Below are positions 39,493 through 49,863 of a stretch of 64,000 bases of DNA, in pieces. Positions within the stretch are counted from its first letter, which is position 1; each line of letters begins with the position of its first letter. The stretch comes from an uncultured candidate division Zixibacteria bacterium (lineage in GTDB: Bacteria; Zixibacteria; MSB-5A5; GN15; FEB-12). The notes under the pieces were generated by a model. That model saw nothing but the letters and a program-made list of their open reading frames with translations. It searched no databases and was not told the DNA's origin. The DNA lies in assembly GCA_963664195.1 (NCBI GenBank), contig OY760907.1, positions 1,504,001 to 1,568,000 of the forward strand. The letters run 5' to 3'. A program made the translations under genes and the position numbers.

Positions 39493-40566
39493 TCACTCCC
39501 ATCTGATCCAATGCGAGCCACAGGTGGCCTTGGTGCCGGACGGAAATGACTTCGGCAACAGAGTTGAGTCTTGTTCTACAAAGTCGAGCCCGCCGTTGCT
39601 TATGTACCTCAGTGTCCCGTCGTCGGCAAACAGCGACGTTATCGAGATAACTTCTTTGTTTGGAGACCCCTGTTCGTCGTAGACGCTCAGAGAGATATCG
39701 TGCAGCTCCCGTACGGGCAGGGGCACGACGGTCAAACATATCTCGAAAGTTTCTCCGGCATAGACCGGACCTTTGATCGGCTCCGGGTAGTCGGAAACCA
39801 ACATGTGGCCGAAGGAAACCTCCAGGTCCAAACCGTACGCGTGACTTTCGACCATCTCAATATTGAAACACACCGTTGATGGTTCGCCAATCTTGAATGG
39901 CGGTTCAATCTTGCAGTAGCCTGCAAATATGTTACTCCCAACCTCGCCCCGTGTACGCTGAAGGATCCTGACTGAGTCCTGGTCGAAGAAGGTAGCGCGT
40001 CCAGGCTGGCGTGCCCACCCCCCCTGAGTCAGATTGCTGCCCAAGTACTCCAGATCACCATCTCCGTTTATGCACCACACAACTCGCCCTTCATAACCCC
40101 TCATTGTCAGAGGGATGTTCACCCAATACATCGAGAAGTCCACTTGGCCAGACTCCAGAACCGTGAACTCAATAGGCAACGTATGAACATCACCCGCCTC
40201 CATTGGGCTTGGGATGTCCACAATCCGTTCACTGAGCCAATCCACATATTTCTCAGAAACGTCGAAGCCCATCTGCTGGAACAACGTGGCGGGCATGCCA
40301 TCCAAGCTAGAGTCCCTGGTCATGGTAATGGTGCCCCTGGCGGGCTTCAGGGGTTGAGGCAGTTCTTCAAAGTCGACAGCAAAGTGGAATCCGAGCATGG
40401 TCCCTTCAATGTGCGGGCTGAGGACACCGTAATACTGTCCGACTGGACTGCCGGTCTCCTCCGCCATCGAACGATATCCGCCCTGGCCGACAGCGGTCCT
40501 GACGGGCAAGAGCAGCCAGAGGAACATTAGTGGGGCCAGTGCTGTGCCGAAGTATGCGTGTTTCAT
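39493..40566 (-). CDS. hypothetical secreted protein with two Ig-like repeats
   Basis: signal peptide; repeated P...AG......V motif. Confidence 0.7.
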   Translation of the reverse strand: MKHAYFGTALAPLMFLWLLLPVRTAVGQGGYRSMAEETGSPVGQYYGVLSPHIEGTMLGFHFAVDFEELPQPLKPARGTITMTRDSSLDGMPATLFQQMGFDVSEKYVDWLSERIVDIPSPMEAGDVHTLPIEFTVLESGQVDFSMYWVNIPLTMRGYEGRVVWCINGDGDLEYLGSNLTQGGWARQPGRATFFDQDSVRILQRTRGEVGSNIFAGYCKIEPPFKIGEPSTVCFNIEMVESHAYGLDLEVSFGHMLVSDYPEPIKGPVYAGETFEICLTVVPLPVRELHDISLSVYDEQGSPNKEVISITSLFADDGTLRYISNGGLDFVEQDSTLLPKSFPSGTKATCGSHWIRWE

Positions 40567-40745
40567 CGTAGTTTCCCGTGTAGTTCGGTGACGGCAGAAC
40601 CGCTGAGCATAGCTCTGCCGACTGTGAGATTCTTTTGTTCGGGTTCTGCCCTTGGCGGCCAAGACTCCCCACACACATTATAAGACAGAACCGTCCATTC
40701 TGCAAGAGCGTATGCGGCAGGGGTGGGATCATGGGATGCAAAGCA

Positions 40746-40775
40746 GGGGCAGACGAGGGCGTCTGCCGCCCACAA
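40746..40775 (-). repeat. REP hairpin (GTGG foot), copy 2
   Basis: exact inverted copy of 37725-37754. Confidence 0.85.
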
Positions 40776-40894
40776 ACACGGTGTCGCTGTCGTCTTACGA
40801 CACATACAAGGGGGCAGCGCGTAAATCCCCATCGTCGCACCCTTTCCGTTTTAAGCTTGCCTTCACACGCTGCGTCTTCTTATGATTTTGCATC

Positions 40895-42286
40895 ATGGAA
40901 TATATCAATAATCTCCTGGATATCGTATCCAACTTCGTGTGGGGATGGCCGATGGCTTTGCTGCTGTTGGGAGCAGGGTTCATCCTTACTTCACGAACAC
41001 TTTTCGTTCAGATTCGCGGGTTTGCCCACGGTGTGGGAATTGCCACCGGCAAGTATGACGACCCGGCTCACAAAGGACAGCTAACCCATTTCCAAGCCCT
41101 GTCCGCCGCTCTTTCGGCGACAATCGGGATCGGTAATATCGCAGGTGTCGCAATTGGTATTTACTGGGGTGGCCCGGGTGCGATCCTCTGGATGTGGGTT
41201 ACAGCAGCGTTCGGCATGGCGATCAAATACGCCGAGTGCACGCTTGCAATCAAATACCGTAAGATTGATCCCGACGGCAACGTGCGCGGTGGTCCGATGT
41301 ATTACATCGAGCTGGGTATGGGCAAGTATTTCAAGCCACTGGCATGGATGTTTGCCCTCTGCACGGCCGTGGCAGCGTTCGGTGCGGGGAACATGGTGCA
41401 GTCAAACACGATGGCGCATTCGTTGATCGATGCACTCCAAATCTCCGCTGACAATGAAGGTCTGATCCGCTGGATAATTGGTGCGGTGATCGCCGGTGTG
41501 GCCGGTTCGGTCATCATCGGTGGTATCAAGCGTATCGGCCACGTGGCATCGTATCTTGTTCCGTTCATGTCAATCATCTACGTGACGAGCGCCCTGATCA
41601 TACTGTTTTTGAATCTCGATCAGATTATGCCGGCCTTTCAGAAGATTTTCTTTTATGCCTTCAATCCGACGGCGGTTGTCGGCGGGTCCGCTGCCGGGGC
41701 AACCGTCTGGCTGACTTTTACGTGGGGACTCAGGCGCGGCCTGTTTTCCAATGAAGCGGGGCAGGGGTCGGCGGCGATGGCACATTCAACGGCCAAGGTC
41801 GAGGAGCCCGTGCGCGAGGGATTGGTGGCGATGCTTGGTCCGTTCATAGATACTATCTGCATCTGCACCATGACAGCGCTGGTCATCATTACGACAGGCG
41901 TGTGGGATTGCGGACTTAACGGCGCTCCGCTGACGATGCACGCATTCGACAAAGCGTTACCCGGCTACGGGCTGTGGATGGTTGTTATCGGTGTGATGCT
42001 GTTCGCCTTCTCGACCGTTATTGCCTGGTCGTATTACGGCGAAAAGGGAGCCGAGTATCTGGGTGGTTCGCGAGTGAAACTGCCTTACAAATGGATATAT
42101 ATCGTATTCACTTTGCTCGGGGCGCGGTTTGATTTGCACGCGGTGTGGGCGTATGCCGATGTTGCCAACGGGTTGATGGCGGTGCCGAATCTGGTGGCTA
42201 TCGTCGGGCTGTCAGGAGCGGTGGTCGCGATGACAAAGAAATACATGGACGAGAAGAAGCGCGGTATGCACCGGCCATTTAAGTAG
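40895..42286 (+). CDS. alanine/glycine:cation symporter (AGCS/AlsT family)
   Basis: ATIGIGNIAGVA, GGPGA.LWMW, GGPMYY, RGLFSNEAG.GS. Confidence 0.95.
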   Translation: MEYINNLLDIVSNFVWGWPMALLLLGAGFILTSRTLFVQIRGFAHGVGIATGKYDDPAHKGQLTHFQALSAALSATIGIGNIAGVAIGIYWGGPGAILWMWVTAAFGMAIKYAECTLAIKYRKIDPDGNVRGGPMYYIELGMGKYFKPLAWMFALCTAVAAFGAGNMVQSNTMAHSLIDALQISADNEGLIRWIIGAVIAGVAGSVIIGGIKRIGHVASYLVPFMSIIYVTSALIILFLNLDQIMPAFQKIFFYAFNPTAVVGGSAAGATVWLTFTWGLRRGLFSNEAGQGSAAMAHSTAKVEEPVREGLVAMLGPFIDTICICTMTALVIITTGVWDCGLNGAPLTMHAFDKALPGYGLWMVVIGVMLFAFSTVIAWSYYGEKGAEYLGGSRVKLPYKWIYIVFTLLGARFDLHAVWAYADVANGLMAVPNLVAIVGLSGAVVAMTKKYMDEKKRGMHRPFK

Positions 42287-42291
42287 GCAGT

Positions 42292-43695
42292 ATGTCCGAG
42301 AACACACGATTGGGAATAGCCTTCGCCGCGCCGGTTATAGTGCGTGTCATATTCCACGCTCTCACCGGATTCACCGCCGATGACGCCTTTATTACCTTCC
42401 GGTATGCTGAGAATATCGCCGCCGGATTGGGGTACGTTTACAACGAAGGTCAGGCAGTACAGGGGACCACGACCCCGCTGTTTACGTTGATTCTGGCGCT
42501 CTGCTCTCTGGCTCGGATTTCATTACAGTCGGCTGCACTGTTTGTATCGATTCTGAGTTCCGGTCTCACAGGTGTCGTGCTGCTCAGGTTTGCGACCTCG
42601 CTCCGGTTCACCAGATGGGCTTTGCTTCCGGTTATCTGTTACGCCTTTTGGCCCCGCTCGCTGGCGGCAGATACGGGAGGGATGGAGACCGCTCTATTCA
42701 CGCTTCTGGTAACCTCGGCCCTGTATTTCCAGCACAAACGACTGGACATGTATGCTCTTGGCATGGCGACTCTCGCGACTGTTACCCGTCCCGAGGGAGT
42801 GCTGTTGCTGGGTCTGCTCGGTGTCTGTAATCTGTATCAGCACCGTGAGCGATGGCTTTCTTACCTGACGATTCCGGCTGCGATTTTGGGACCGTGGCTA
42901 CTGTTTGCCTGGTATTACTTTGGTTCGATCCTGCCACATTCCGGTACCGCTAAACTTGCGCTGTATTCTCGATTCGGGACTTCATCGTACTGGGATACTC
43001 TCGTGGGGCTGATAGGTTGGCACAATCCGGCAGGTTGGCTGTTGACCGTGCTAGTGGTAGTTGGTGGACACTGGTTGTTCAAGAAGCAGAACTCGGGACG
43101 ATTAGAGCTGACCTGGCTGGTTGCTATGCTTGCGTTTTATACGTTCTGCGGTACGCGGGTTTTCTTCTGGTATATTGTGCCGATCTTTCCGGTTTATCTC
43201 CTGTTTGCCTCGGCAGTGGCTCCCCGGGCGGCTGACCTGCTCACACTATCGCCTGACCGGGAACGGTTTGCTCGGTCTGCAGTCATATCGTTGGTGGTGC
43301 TAATACTTGCAGCCGACTGCTACCGGCCGGTGACTTACCATACGGACTATCAGCAGGACATGACATCAGTTCACCGTGAGATCGGCGAGTATCTTAGAAT
43401 CCATACCGCACCGAACGCGCTCGTGGCGGCTGAAGATATCGGCTATATCGGTTTCTATTCGCGGCGACAGATATTGGATCGCGACGGTCTTGTGTCTCCG
43501 GAAGCAGTTCCGTATAACCGTAGCGGCGATTACCTGGGAGTTATCACCGATCACAGGCCGGATTGGGTTGTGACGGCGAATGACAGTCCTATAAGCGGGT
43601 TTACAGCTGATAGCGCGTTCGTCGAAGCTTATGAGAAACGTCAGGATTTCGTTTCAGGCATGTTCAAGTACGCAGTTTTTGCCCGCCGGAGGTAA
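42292..43695 (+). CDS. GT-C-type membrane glycosyltransferase
   Basis: DDAFITFRYA.N, GMET, TRPEG, DIG.IG...D..GL. Confidence 0.8.
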   Translation: MSENTRLGIAFAAPVIVRVIFHALTGFTADDAFITFRYAENIAAGLGYVYNEGQAVQGTTTPLFTLILALCSLARISLQSAALFVSILSSGLTGVVLLRFATSLRFTRWALLPVICYAFWPRSLAADTGGMETALFTLLVTSALYFQHKRLDMYALGMATLATVTRPEGVLLLGLLGVCNLYQHRERWLSYLTIPAAILGPWLLFAWYYFGSILPHSGTAKLALYSRFGTSSYWDTLVGLIGWHNPAGWLLTVLVVVGGHWLFKKQNSGRLELTWLVAMLAFYTFCGTRVFFWYIVPIFPVYLLFASAVAPRAADLLTLSPDRERFARSAVISLVVLILAADCYRPVTYHTDYQQDMTSVHREIGEYLRIHTAPNALVAAEDIGYIGFYSRRQILDRDGLVSPEAVPYNRSGDYLGVITDHRPDWVVTANDSPISGFTADSAFVEAYEKRQDFVSGMFKYAVFARRR

Positions 43696-43843
43696 CTTCC
43701 GCTGGACAGGACACCCCTGCCAACATACATTGGGCTGTTTCGCAACATGACTGGGGCTATTTTTGTCTGGTTTTTGACAGCTAAGACTATCTCCAAAAGA
43801 ACCGACAATCTGAGTAGACGATAATTACTGTGAGGACATTGAT

Positions 43844-44800
43844 ATGAAGTACCTGGTGACCGGGGGAGCCGGTTTCATCGGCTCAAACATTACTGAAAGG
43901 CTGCTGGCAAAAGGGCATAGCGTCCGCATTCTGGACAATTTTTCGTCCGGACGGCGCGAGAATCTTGCCGCTTTTGCCGATGACATCGAGCTGATAGTCG
44001 GTGACATTCGAGACTACTGGACCGTTGTTAATGCCGTGAAAGGCATTGACTACATTCTGCATCAGGCCGCGCTGCCTTCGGTGCCACGTTCGGTCGAGAA
44101 CCCGCTCACAACGAATGAAAACAATATCAACGGTACGCTTCACCTGCTTGAGGCCGGACGTTATGCCGGTGTCAAGAAGATGGTTATGGCGTCATCGTCG
44201 TCGATCTACGGTGAGTCTGAGGAGCTTCCGAAGCACGAGGGGATGGTCCCGCATCCGCTGTCGCCGTATGCAATCACGAAACTGACTGATGAGTACTACG
44301 CCCGTGTGTACTGGGAGCTGTACAAATTCCCGACCTGTTGCCTGAGGTATTTCAATATCTTTGGTCCCAAGCAAGACCCGAACAGCGAATACGCCGCCGT
44401 TATCCCGAAATTCATCGCCCGATTGAAGGCAGGCCAGGCGCCGACCGTATTTGGCGATGGCGAGCAGTCGCGTGATTTCACGTATATCGACAACGCTGTG
44501 CAGGCCAATCTGTTGGCCGCCGAATGCGAGGATATGGTCGGCCGGGCGTACAACGTTGCGTGCGGCGGACAGTTTACTCTGAACGACTTGCTGGACAAGC
44601 TTCGCGAAATCCTCGGCGTGGATGTGCAGGCCGAATACACGCCGCCGAGAGTCGGTGATATCAAGCATTCGTTTGCGGCTATCGAGGATGCGAAGAAACA
44701 CGGTTATAATCCGACGGTTGATTTCGACGAGGGCCTTCGTCGTACGGTGGCTTTCTTTGAGAATAAGCAGGCGCTGGAGCGGACCGCGGCCGATAAATAG
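43844..44800 (+). CDS. UDP-sugar 4-epimerase (WbpP-like SDR)
   Basis: TGGAGFIGS, HQAALPSVPRS, SPYA.TK, RYFNIFGP.QDP. Confidence 0.92.
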   Translation: MKYLVTGGAGFIGSNITERLLAKGHSVRILDNFSSGRRENLAAFADDIELIVGDIRDYWTVVNAVKGIDYILHQAALPSVPRSVENPLTTNENNINGTLHLLEAGRYAGVKKMVMASSSSIYGESEELPKHEGMVPHPLSPYAITKLTDEYYARVYWELYKFPTCCLRYFNIFGPKQDPNSEYAAVIPKFIARLKAGQAPTVFGDGEQSRDFTYIDNAVQANLLAAECEDMVGRAYNVACGGQFTLNDLLDKLREILGVDVQAEYTPPRVGDIKHSFAAIEDAKKHGYNPTVDFDEGLRRTVAFFENKQALERTAADK

Positions 44801-44827
44801 ACTACGGATTTTCAGATTGCCGATAGA

Positions 44828-44858
44828 GAAACGACCCCGTTTTCGCGGGGTCGTTTTG
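44828..44858. terminator. bidirectional terminator
   Basis: GAAACGACCCCG-TTTTCG-CGGGGTCGTTTT. Confidence 0.75.
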
Positions 44859-44864
44859 CTTTAG

Positions 44865-45377
44865 CTAGATCGAGAATCGCCAGCCGCAGAAATGCTTGTC
44901 GCCGGCCTCCGGATCGGGCGGACAGCAAATCACTTCCGTTTTGATCCGCTCGTCGATTGTCGTGGCGAATCCGGTGTATTCCACGATGCCCACAGATTTG
45001 CATGGGAACAACGGCATGTTTTTGCGTTTGCGCGCCGACTGCACCCGGCAGTCAACCATATAGAACTCGAAAGAGTTCTCCGTTTCGTTGCGGATTTCCT
45101 GTACGTTCAACACCGCGTACAGGCGGAATGCGAGCGCTTTTTTGAGGCCTTCGAGTCCGGAGTTAGGCTCGATACCGTGAAGCGCCATGATGCGTTTGGC
45201 CTCGATGACGGTGAACCGTTCCCAGGCCTCGGTGTCGTATTTGATGGCTTCGGCCATGTCGCGGCCTTTTTCGACTGCCTGGAACCAGAGACCGTCGTGG
45301 GCAAGCCAGTTCTTGGCGAAATCCTGAAGCATTCCGAGCAGTTTCTCGCGGTCCAGTTGTTCTATTTGTTTGTTCAT
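44865..45377 (-). CDS. DUF6125-like protein
   Basis: KNWLAHDGLWF, C.VQ.AR, PCK, CPPD, CGW.F. Confidence 0.75.
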   Translation of the reverse strand: MNKQIEQLDREKLLGMLQDFAKNWLAHDGLWFQAVEKGRDMAEAIKYDTEAWERFTVIEAKRIMALHGIEPNSGLEGLKKALAFRLYAVLNVQEIRNETENSFEFYMVDCRVQSARKRKNMPLFPCKSVGIVEYTGFATTIDERIKTEVICCPPDPEAGDKHFCGWRFSI

Positions 45378-45594
45378 ATTCAGCCTTTCTCTTGTGTCAG
45401 CGTTATAGCTGTTAACATAGTGCCTGCGGCACCTTTACAAAAGTATTGTGTTGGTATATCTTGATTGAAGGAGTTTGAATCACGTGGGGGAGTAATCTGT
45501 TATCGGAGTGAGTCCGGGGCGTTACTACGTCGGGTCAAGGGTTTCGGCTTTGGACAAAACCGGGCATGCCACGTCTTTAGCTCTGGAGAATCGA

Positions 45595-48501
45595 ATGAGA
45601 AGTATGAAGTTTCTATCCATAGTCTTTTGCGTAATTCTGCTAACCGGCTCAGCGGTTTTTGCCGGTCAGTTGGATGCAGACCTTCAGCAAACCCTGCGAT
45701 CAAAACAAGCCGATGACCTGATTCGTGTCTGGATTGCGGTCGACGATGGTCACGATGCCTACGCCTTCAAGAACACAATCGCGGCTACCTCAGCATCCCG
45801 TGCGGAACGCCATCGGATAGCAATCACGGAGCTGAAAGCCAACGCTCAGGCACAATCGGGTCTTCTCGCAGAATTGGAAACGTTGCGCAAATCCGGCAAG
45901 GTGACACGGTTCAAAGGCCACTGGATTGCCGGTATCGTCGAAGTTGAGATAGCAGCCGGGGAACTTGAGCGGTTGGCCGCGCGTCCGGATATCGATATCG
46001 TCTATCATAAGCCCGAAATAGCACTCATTCCGCCGATAGCAGTATCGCGATTGACACCGCCGTCGACAGACGCTCTCGCGGTCGGATCTGATCTGACACA
46101 CATCAATGCCCCGACAGCGTGGGCGATGGGGTACACCGGAGCCGGACGAGTGGTCTGTTCGTTTGATACGGGTGTGCATGGTGTGCATCCTGCTCTTTTC
46201 AGCAGTTGGAAGGGTCACGACGGTGATTCCGCCGCGGCCTGGTGGGATCAGCAGGATGACAACCCGTTTCCGCACTATTTTTCTGCGGCCAGTCAGCCTG
46301 CACACGGTACGCACACAATGGGTACCATGGTTGGCCATGACGGGGCTGATACCGTGGGCGTGGCTCCGGGAGCCAAATGGATTTCCGCCGCGGTGATCGG
46401 ACTTGACAATACCTCGATTCTCGATGCCTTCGAATGGGCCGCGGATCCCGACGGCAACCCGAACACCCTTGGTGATGTTCCCGACGTTATCAATCACAGT
46501 TGGTACTTTGTTAGTTTTCCCTCCTGTCTGAATGCGGTCTATTCGGCTATCGAGAACACAGAAGCGCTTGGGATAGTGAATATCATTTCAGCGGGCAACA
46601 GCGGTTCGGGTGCAAGTACCATAGCCAATCCGGCTGACCGGGCTCTGGATAATCTGGATTGTTTTGCCGTAGGTAATCTCAACCACGCCACCGACACGAT
46701 CTATCAGAGCTCCTCGCGGGGGCCTTCGCCGTGTAACGCCTCAGCGTATAAACCGAACGTTGTAGCCCCGGGTGTCAACATCCGCTCCACCTGGACCGAT
46801 GGCGGCTACTCTCCTCTGACCGGCACTTCGATGGCGGCGCCGCATGTCTCGGGATTGGTCGCGCTGATGCGGCAGAAGAATCCGAATGCAACGGCGGATG
46901 AAATCAAGTCGGCCATCTTGAACAACACGCAGAGCGTCGGCCCGTCGGCCCTTCCCAACAACGACTACGGCTGGGGCGAGATTGATTGTGTGGCGGCGCT
47001 GAACGCGATCTCACCGGAAAGCACCCCGGCAGTTCGTCTGTATGATTTCATCCACGATCCTATTAACCCGGGTGACACAGTCAGCGGCTCGCTCGTATTG
47101 ACCAATCTTGGCGCGACGGTACAGTCCGTTTCGGTGTCAATCACCGGCAGCAACGAGGCGCTGACCGTCCTCGACGGCTCAGCCGCATTCGGCACGATAG
47201 CGGCCGGCGCCACTGTCACGGCAAGTGATCCTGTGCAGGTAGTGGTTGCGGACACGGTGACCGAGGGTTCTACGCTTCCGATCCAGATGACGATTGCGGG
47301 AACGTCCTATTCGTCGACAACCACGTTGTATTTTAGTGTCGAGCCGGATTTGGAGCGGGATATCGCAACGCACAACGTTGGCCGGATCGAGTTTTCGGTG
47401 AGCAACTACGGCGTGTACGGTCTGGGTCCGATTTCGACCTTTGAGTTTGGAGGAGTCGGGTTTACTTTTGACGGCGGCTCTAATGATCTCTGGGAGGGGG
47501 GCGTGATGGTGACCACGGGACCGACCCGTGTTTCCAGCGGCGTGCACAGTACGCTGTCTGATCCTGACCGTGATTTTGTCGTAGCGCCCGGCGGCAATTT
47601 GGAGTTCATGAATCCCGGTTCGGCCTCGACGCAGCAGACCGTGTGCAAATACGAAGACAGCAATGCTAACAACCCAATCGGTCTGGAAGTCACGCAGGAG
47701 TCGTTCGCTCAGGCCTCGCCCAACGATGATTTCATCGTGCTCAATTACGTATTGAACAATATCAGCGGTGGCACGTTGACTGACGTCTATTTTGGACTCT
47801 TTTTCGACTGGGACATTACCCAATACAACAGCAATGCCGGCGGTTATGAGGCTGGTGAGTGGTTCGCCTGGATGGCTTACAACAGTGGGGGAACCCTCTC
47901 CAGGTATCGTGGTGTGCGCCTCATAAAGGGAACGCTGGCATCGGCCGGTGCAGACCTCGGCTCGAATTACACGGCGGGAGTTGGCGACGGTTTTGCGGTG
48001 TACGAGAAGTACGCGATGCTGACCAGCGGCATGACCAATGCTGATACATACAAGACCTCCAGCGAAGAATTGGTGCAGTATATGGCGGCCGGTCCGATCA
48101 CGCTGGCGGCAGGGGAGCAGGATACCGTGGCGTTTGCTATTCTGGCCGGTGACAGCTTCGCCGACATACAGTCGGCGGCAGCCAGGGCTAACTCAGTGCC
48201 ATCGCATGCGGATGATCCGGAACCGCCAGGCGAACTGCCGGAAGATTTCACGCTCTACCAGAACTACCCGAATCCGTTTAATCCGAAGACCGTAATACCG
48301 TTTGATCTGCCCCGGCGTGGGGAATTTGAACTGACGGTTTATAATGCGCTCGGTCAGAAGGTTCACAACGAAAAGGGGACCGGCGGTCCCGGGCGCAAGA
48401 CGGTCATTTGGAACGCGAGCCGTTTTGCGTCGGGCGTCTATTTCTATCGGGTGACCTCGGATGCGGGGGAAAGCACGCGTAAAATGTTGCTGTTGAGGTA
48501 G
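45595..48501 (+). CDS. S8 subtilisin-like serine protease with C-terminal T9SS-type sorting domain
   Basis: FDTG, HGTHTMG, GTSMAAPHVSG triad; signal peptide; LYQNYPNPFNP tail. Confidence 0.93.
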   Translation: MRSMKFLSIVFCVILLTGSAVFAGQLDADLQQTLRSKQADDLIRVWIAVDDGHDAYAFKNTIAATSASRAERHRIAITELKANAQAQSGLLAELETLRKSGKVTRFKGHWIAGIVEVEIAAGELERLAARPDIDIVYHKPEIALIPPIAVSRLTPPSTDALAVGSDLTHINAPTAWAMGYTGAGRVVCSFDTGVHGVHPALFSSWKGHDGDSAAAWWDQQDDNPFPHYFSAASQPAHGTHTMGTMVGHDGADTVGVAPGAKWISAAVIGLDNTSILDAFEWAADPDGNPNTLGDVPDVINHSWYFVSFPSCLNAVYSAIENTEALGIVNIISAGNSGSGASTIANPADRALDNLDCFAVGNLNHATDTIYQSSSRGPSPCNASAYKPNVVAPGVNIRSTWTDGGYSPLTGTSMAAPHVSGLVALMRQKNPNATADEIKSAILNNTQSVGPSALPNNDYGWGEIDCVAALNAISPESTPAVRLYDFIHDPINPGDTVSGSLVLTNLGATVQSVSVSITGSNEALTVLDGSAAFGTIAAGATVTASDPVQVVVADTVTEGSTLPIQMTIAGTSYSSTTTLYFSVEPDLERDIATHNVGRIEFSVSNYGVYGLGPISTFEFGGVGFTFDGGSNDLWEGGVMVTTGPTRVSSGVHSTLSDPDRDFVVAPGGNLEFMNPGSASTQQTVCKYEDSNANNPIGLEVTQESFAQASPNDDFIVLNYVLNNISGGTLTDVYFGLFFDWDITQYNSNAGGYEAGEWFAWMAYNSGGTLSRYRGVRLIKGTLASAGADLGSNYTAGVGDGFAVYEKYAMLTSGMTNADTYKTSSEELVQYMAAGPITLAAGEQDTVAFAILAGDSFADIQSAAARANSVPSHADDPEPPGELPEDFTLYQNYPNPFNPKTVIPFDLPRRGEFELTVYNALGQKVHNEKGTGGPGRKTVIWNASRFASGVYFYRVTSDAGESTRKMLLLR

Positions 48502-48545
48502 GCCACCATCGGTCCCCTTTGTTTCAACCTGGAAGCTCGGTTCTC

Positions 48546-48666
48546 GTAGGGTGGAACCCTTCAGCGGTTCAGTCGGAAGGCCGAGTCCGCCGACAGCGGA
48601 CGATGGCAGAACCACTCGGATAATTCGGCTTAGCACGGATACTCGTTCAATCGGGTTCTGCCCTAC
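48546..48666. repeat. REPIN-like element bounded by inverted GTAG-foot arms
   Basis: GTAGGGTGGAACCC ... GGGTTCTGCCCTAC. Confidence 0.6.
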
Positions 48667-48708
48667 GAAGGCTGGACGGGGCGCCGAAAACTTCGCAATC
48701 GGGGCGAG

Positions 48709-49806
48709 TCACTCCAGAAACGAGATCACCCGGTACGGAAACATACTGCGGAGAAGCACGGCCTCGTATTTCGTTTTGCAAAAGACGACAATTGCTTCCA
48801 CCGGGAATTGCGCCAGGTTCAGATTTCCCGGACAACGAAACTCCTGCTCCGCACGCCAATCTGTCTTTGTGCCGACCGACTGTCTGAGCCAGATCGGTGA
48901 ATCGGTCGAGTTTTCAGATTGTTCGACATAGTCAACCGGGAGAATTCCAGCCGCCTGCGCATACGTTTTATGGATGCCTATTCCGTACGGTTCAAACGAC
49001 ATCTCACCGTATCGCGCCCGCCAGCGCATGAGCGGTATTGCCTCGGTCGGCGTCAGAGAGGAAAAAGAGACCGTCTTCGTTTTGTGCGGCATATGTCTTG
49101 CAGATGCTTCCAAGACACGGCTCGTCAGGATGTTTGACAGCGTGTCGAATCCGGTGTGTGGCCAGGTTTCAGATTCGAGAATCGTACGGTAGAAATCGAT
49201 TGATCTCTCCGACGGCCAGGGGCCGTTGGCGGCTCGGGTCCAATGGGTGACATATCTGTCGGCAACCTGCTCAAGCTCCGGATTGACAGGCTTGTTGTCG
49301 AAAGACGTTTTCAGGGGTTCGTTTCTCTCCGAGTACTCGATGCGGAAGTCGCTTACGACTCTCTTGGCTGCCTGTTCAATAGTCGTCAGAACCCTATCCA
49401 TTGTGCCGCCGCCGCGCAGAGATACGGGAATCAAAATATCTGCATTCTGCACGACTGCCTCGTCGCGTGCCGCCATGAATGCCTTTTTTCTTCCGGCGGA
49501 AGCTGGAACGTGAACGGGAATGAACTCGACCAGGTGGGGATCAAGATCGAAGTCGTGAACGGTGATCTCGCATTGCGCCCGGAAATCAGCAGGTGATATC
49601 CCGGGCAGGTAAACCCTCAGCGGTAGTCTGTGTATCGAGGCGAGCGCGGTAGGCAACTCCCAGGTTTGCATGCCGATCGAGCTGATCAGGCCACAGTCTT
49701 CTGTTTTCAACCATTCTACTGCGGCTGCGGTCCGGCGCACCCAGGCTGTTTGGCTCGATGGGCGACGCGGTTGTCGGGATAGCATAATGACGGCAAACGA
49801 GGACAA
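48709..49806 (-). CDS. hypothetical protein: SLOG/DprA-like N-domain plus AbiGi-like C-domain
   Basis: RD..V...AD....V..R.GGT; L.NIL....L.AS, VSFS, PYGIGI.K, G..PV.Y, W..E.E.R. Confidence 0.65.
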   Translation of the reverse strand: MSSFAVIMLSRQPRRPSSQTAWVRRTAAAVEWLKTEDCGLISSIGMQTWELPTALASIHRLPLRVYLPGISPADFRAQCEITVHDFDLDPHLVEFIPVHVPASAGRKKAFMAARDEAVVQNADILIPVSLRGGGTMDRVLTTIEQAAKRVVSDFRIEYSERNEPLKTSFDNKPVNPELEQVADRYVTHWTRAANGPWPSERSIDFYRTILESETWPHTGFDTLSNILTSRVLEASARHMPHKTKTVSFSSLTPTEAIPLMRWRARYGEMSFEPYGIGIHKTYAQAAGILPVDYVEQSENSTDSPIWLRQSVGTKTDWRAEQEFRCPGNLNLAQFPVEAIVVFCKTKYEAVLLRSMFPYRVISFLE

Positions 49807-49863
49807 GGATTCCCCCCCTCTTCAACAGTCAATGTTCTAACTGCTGCCAAGATATGTCAGTCG

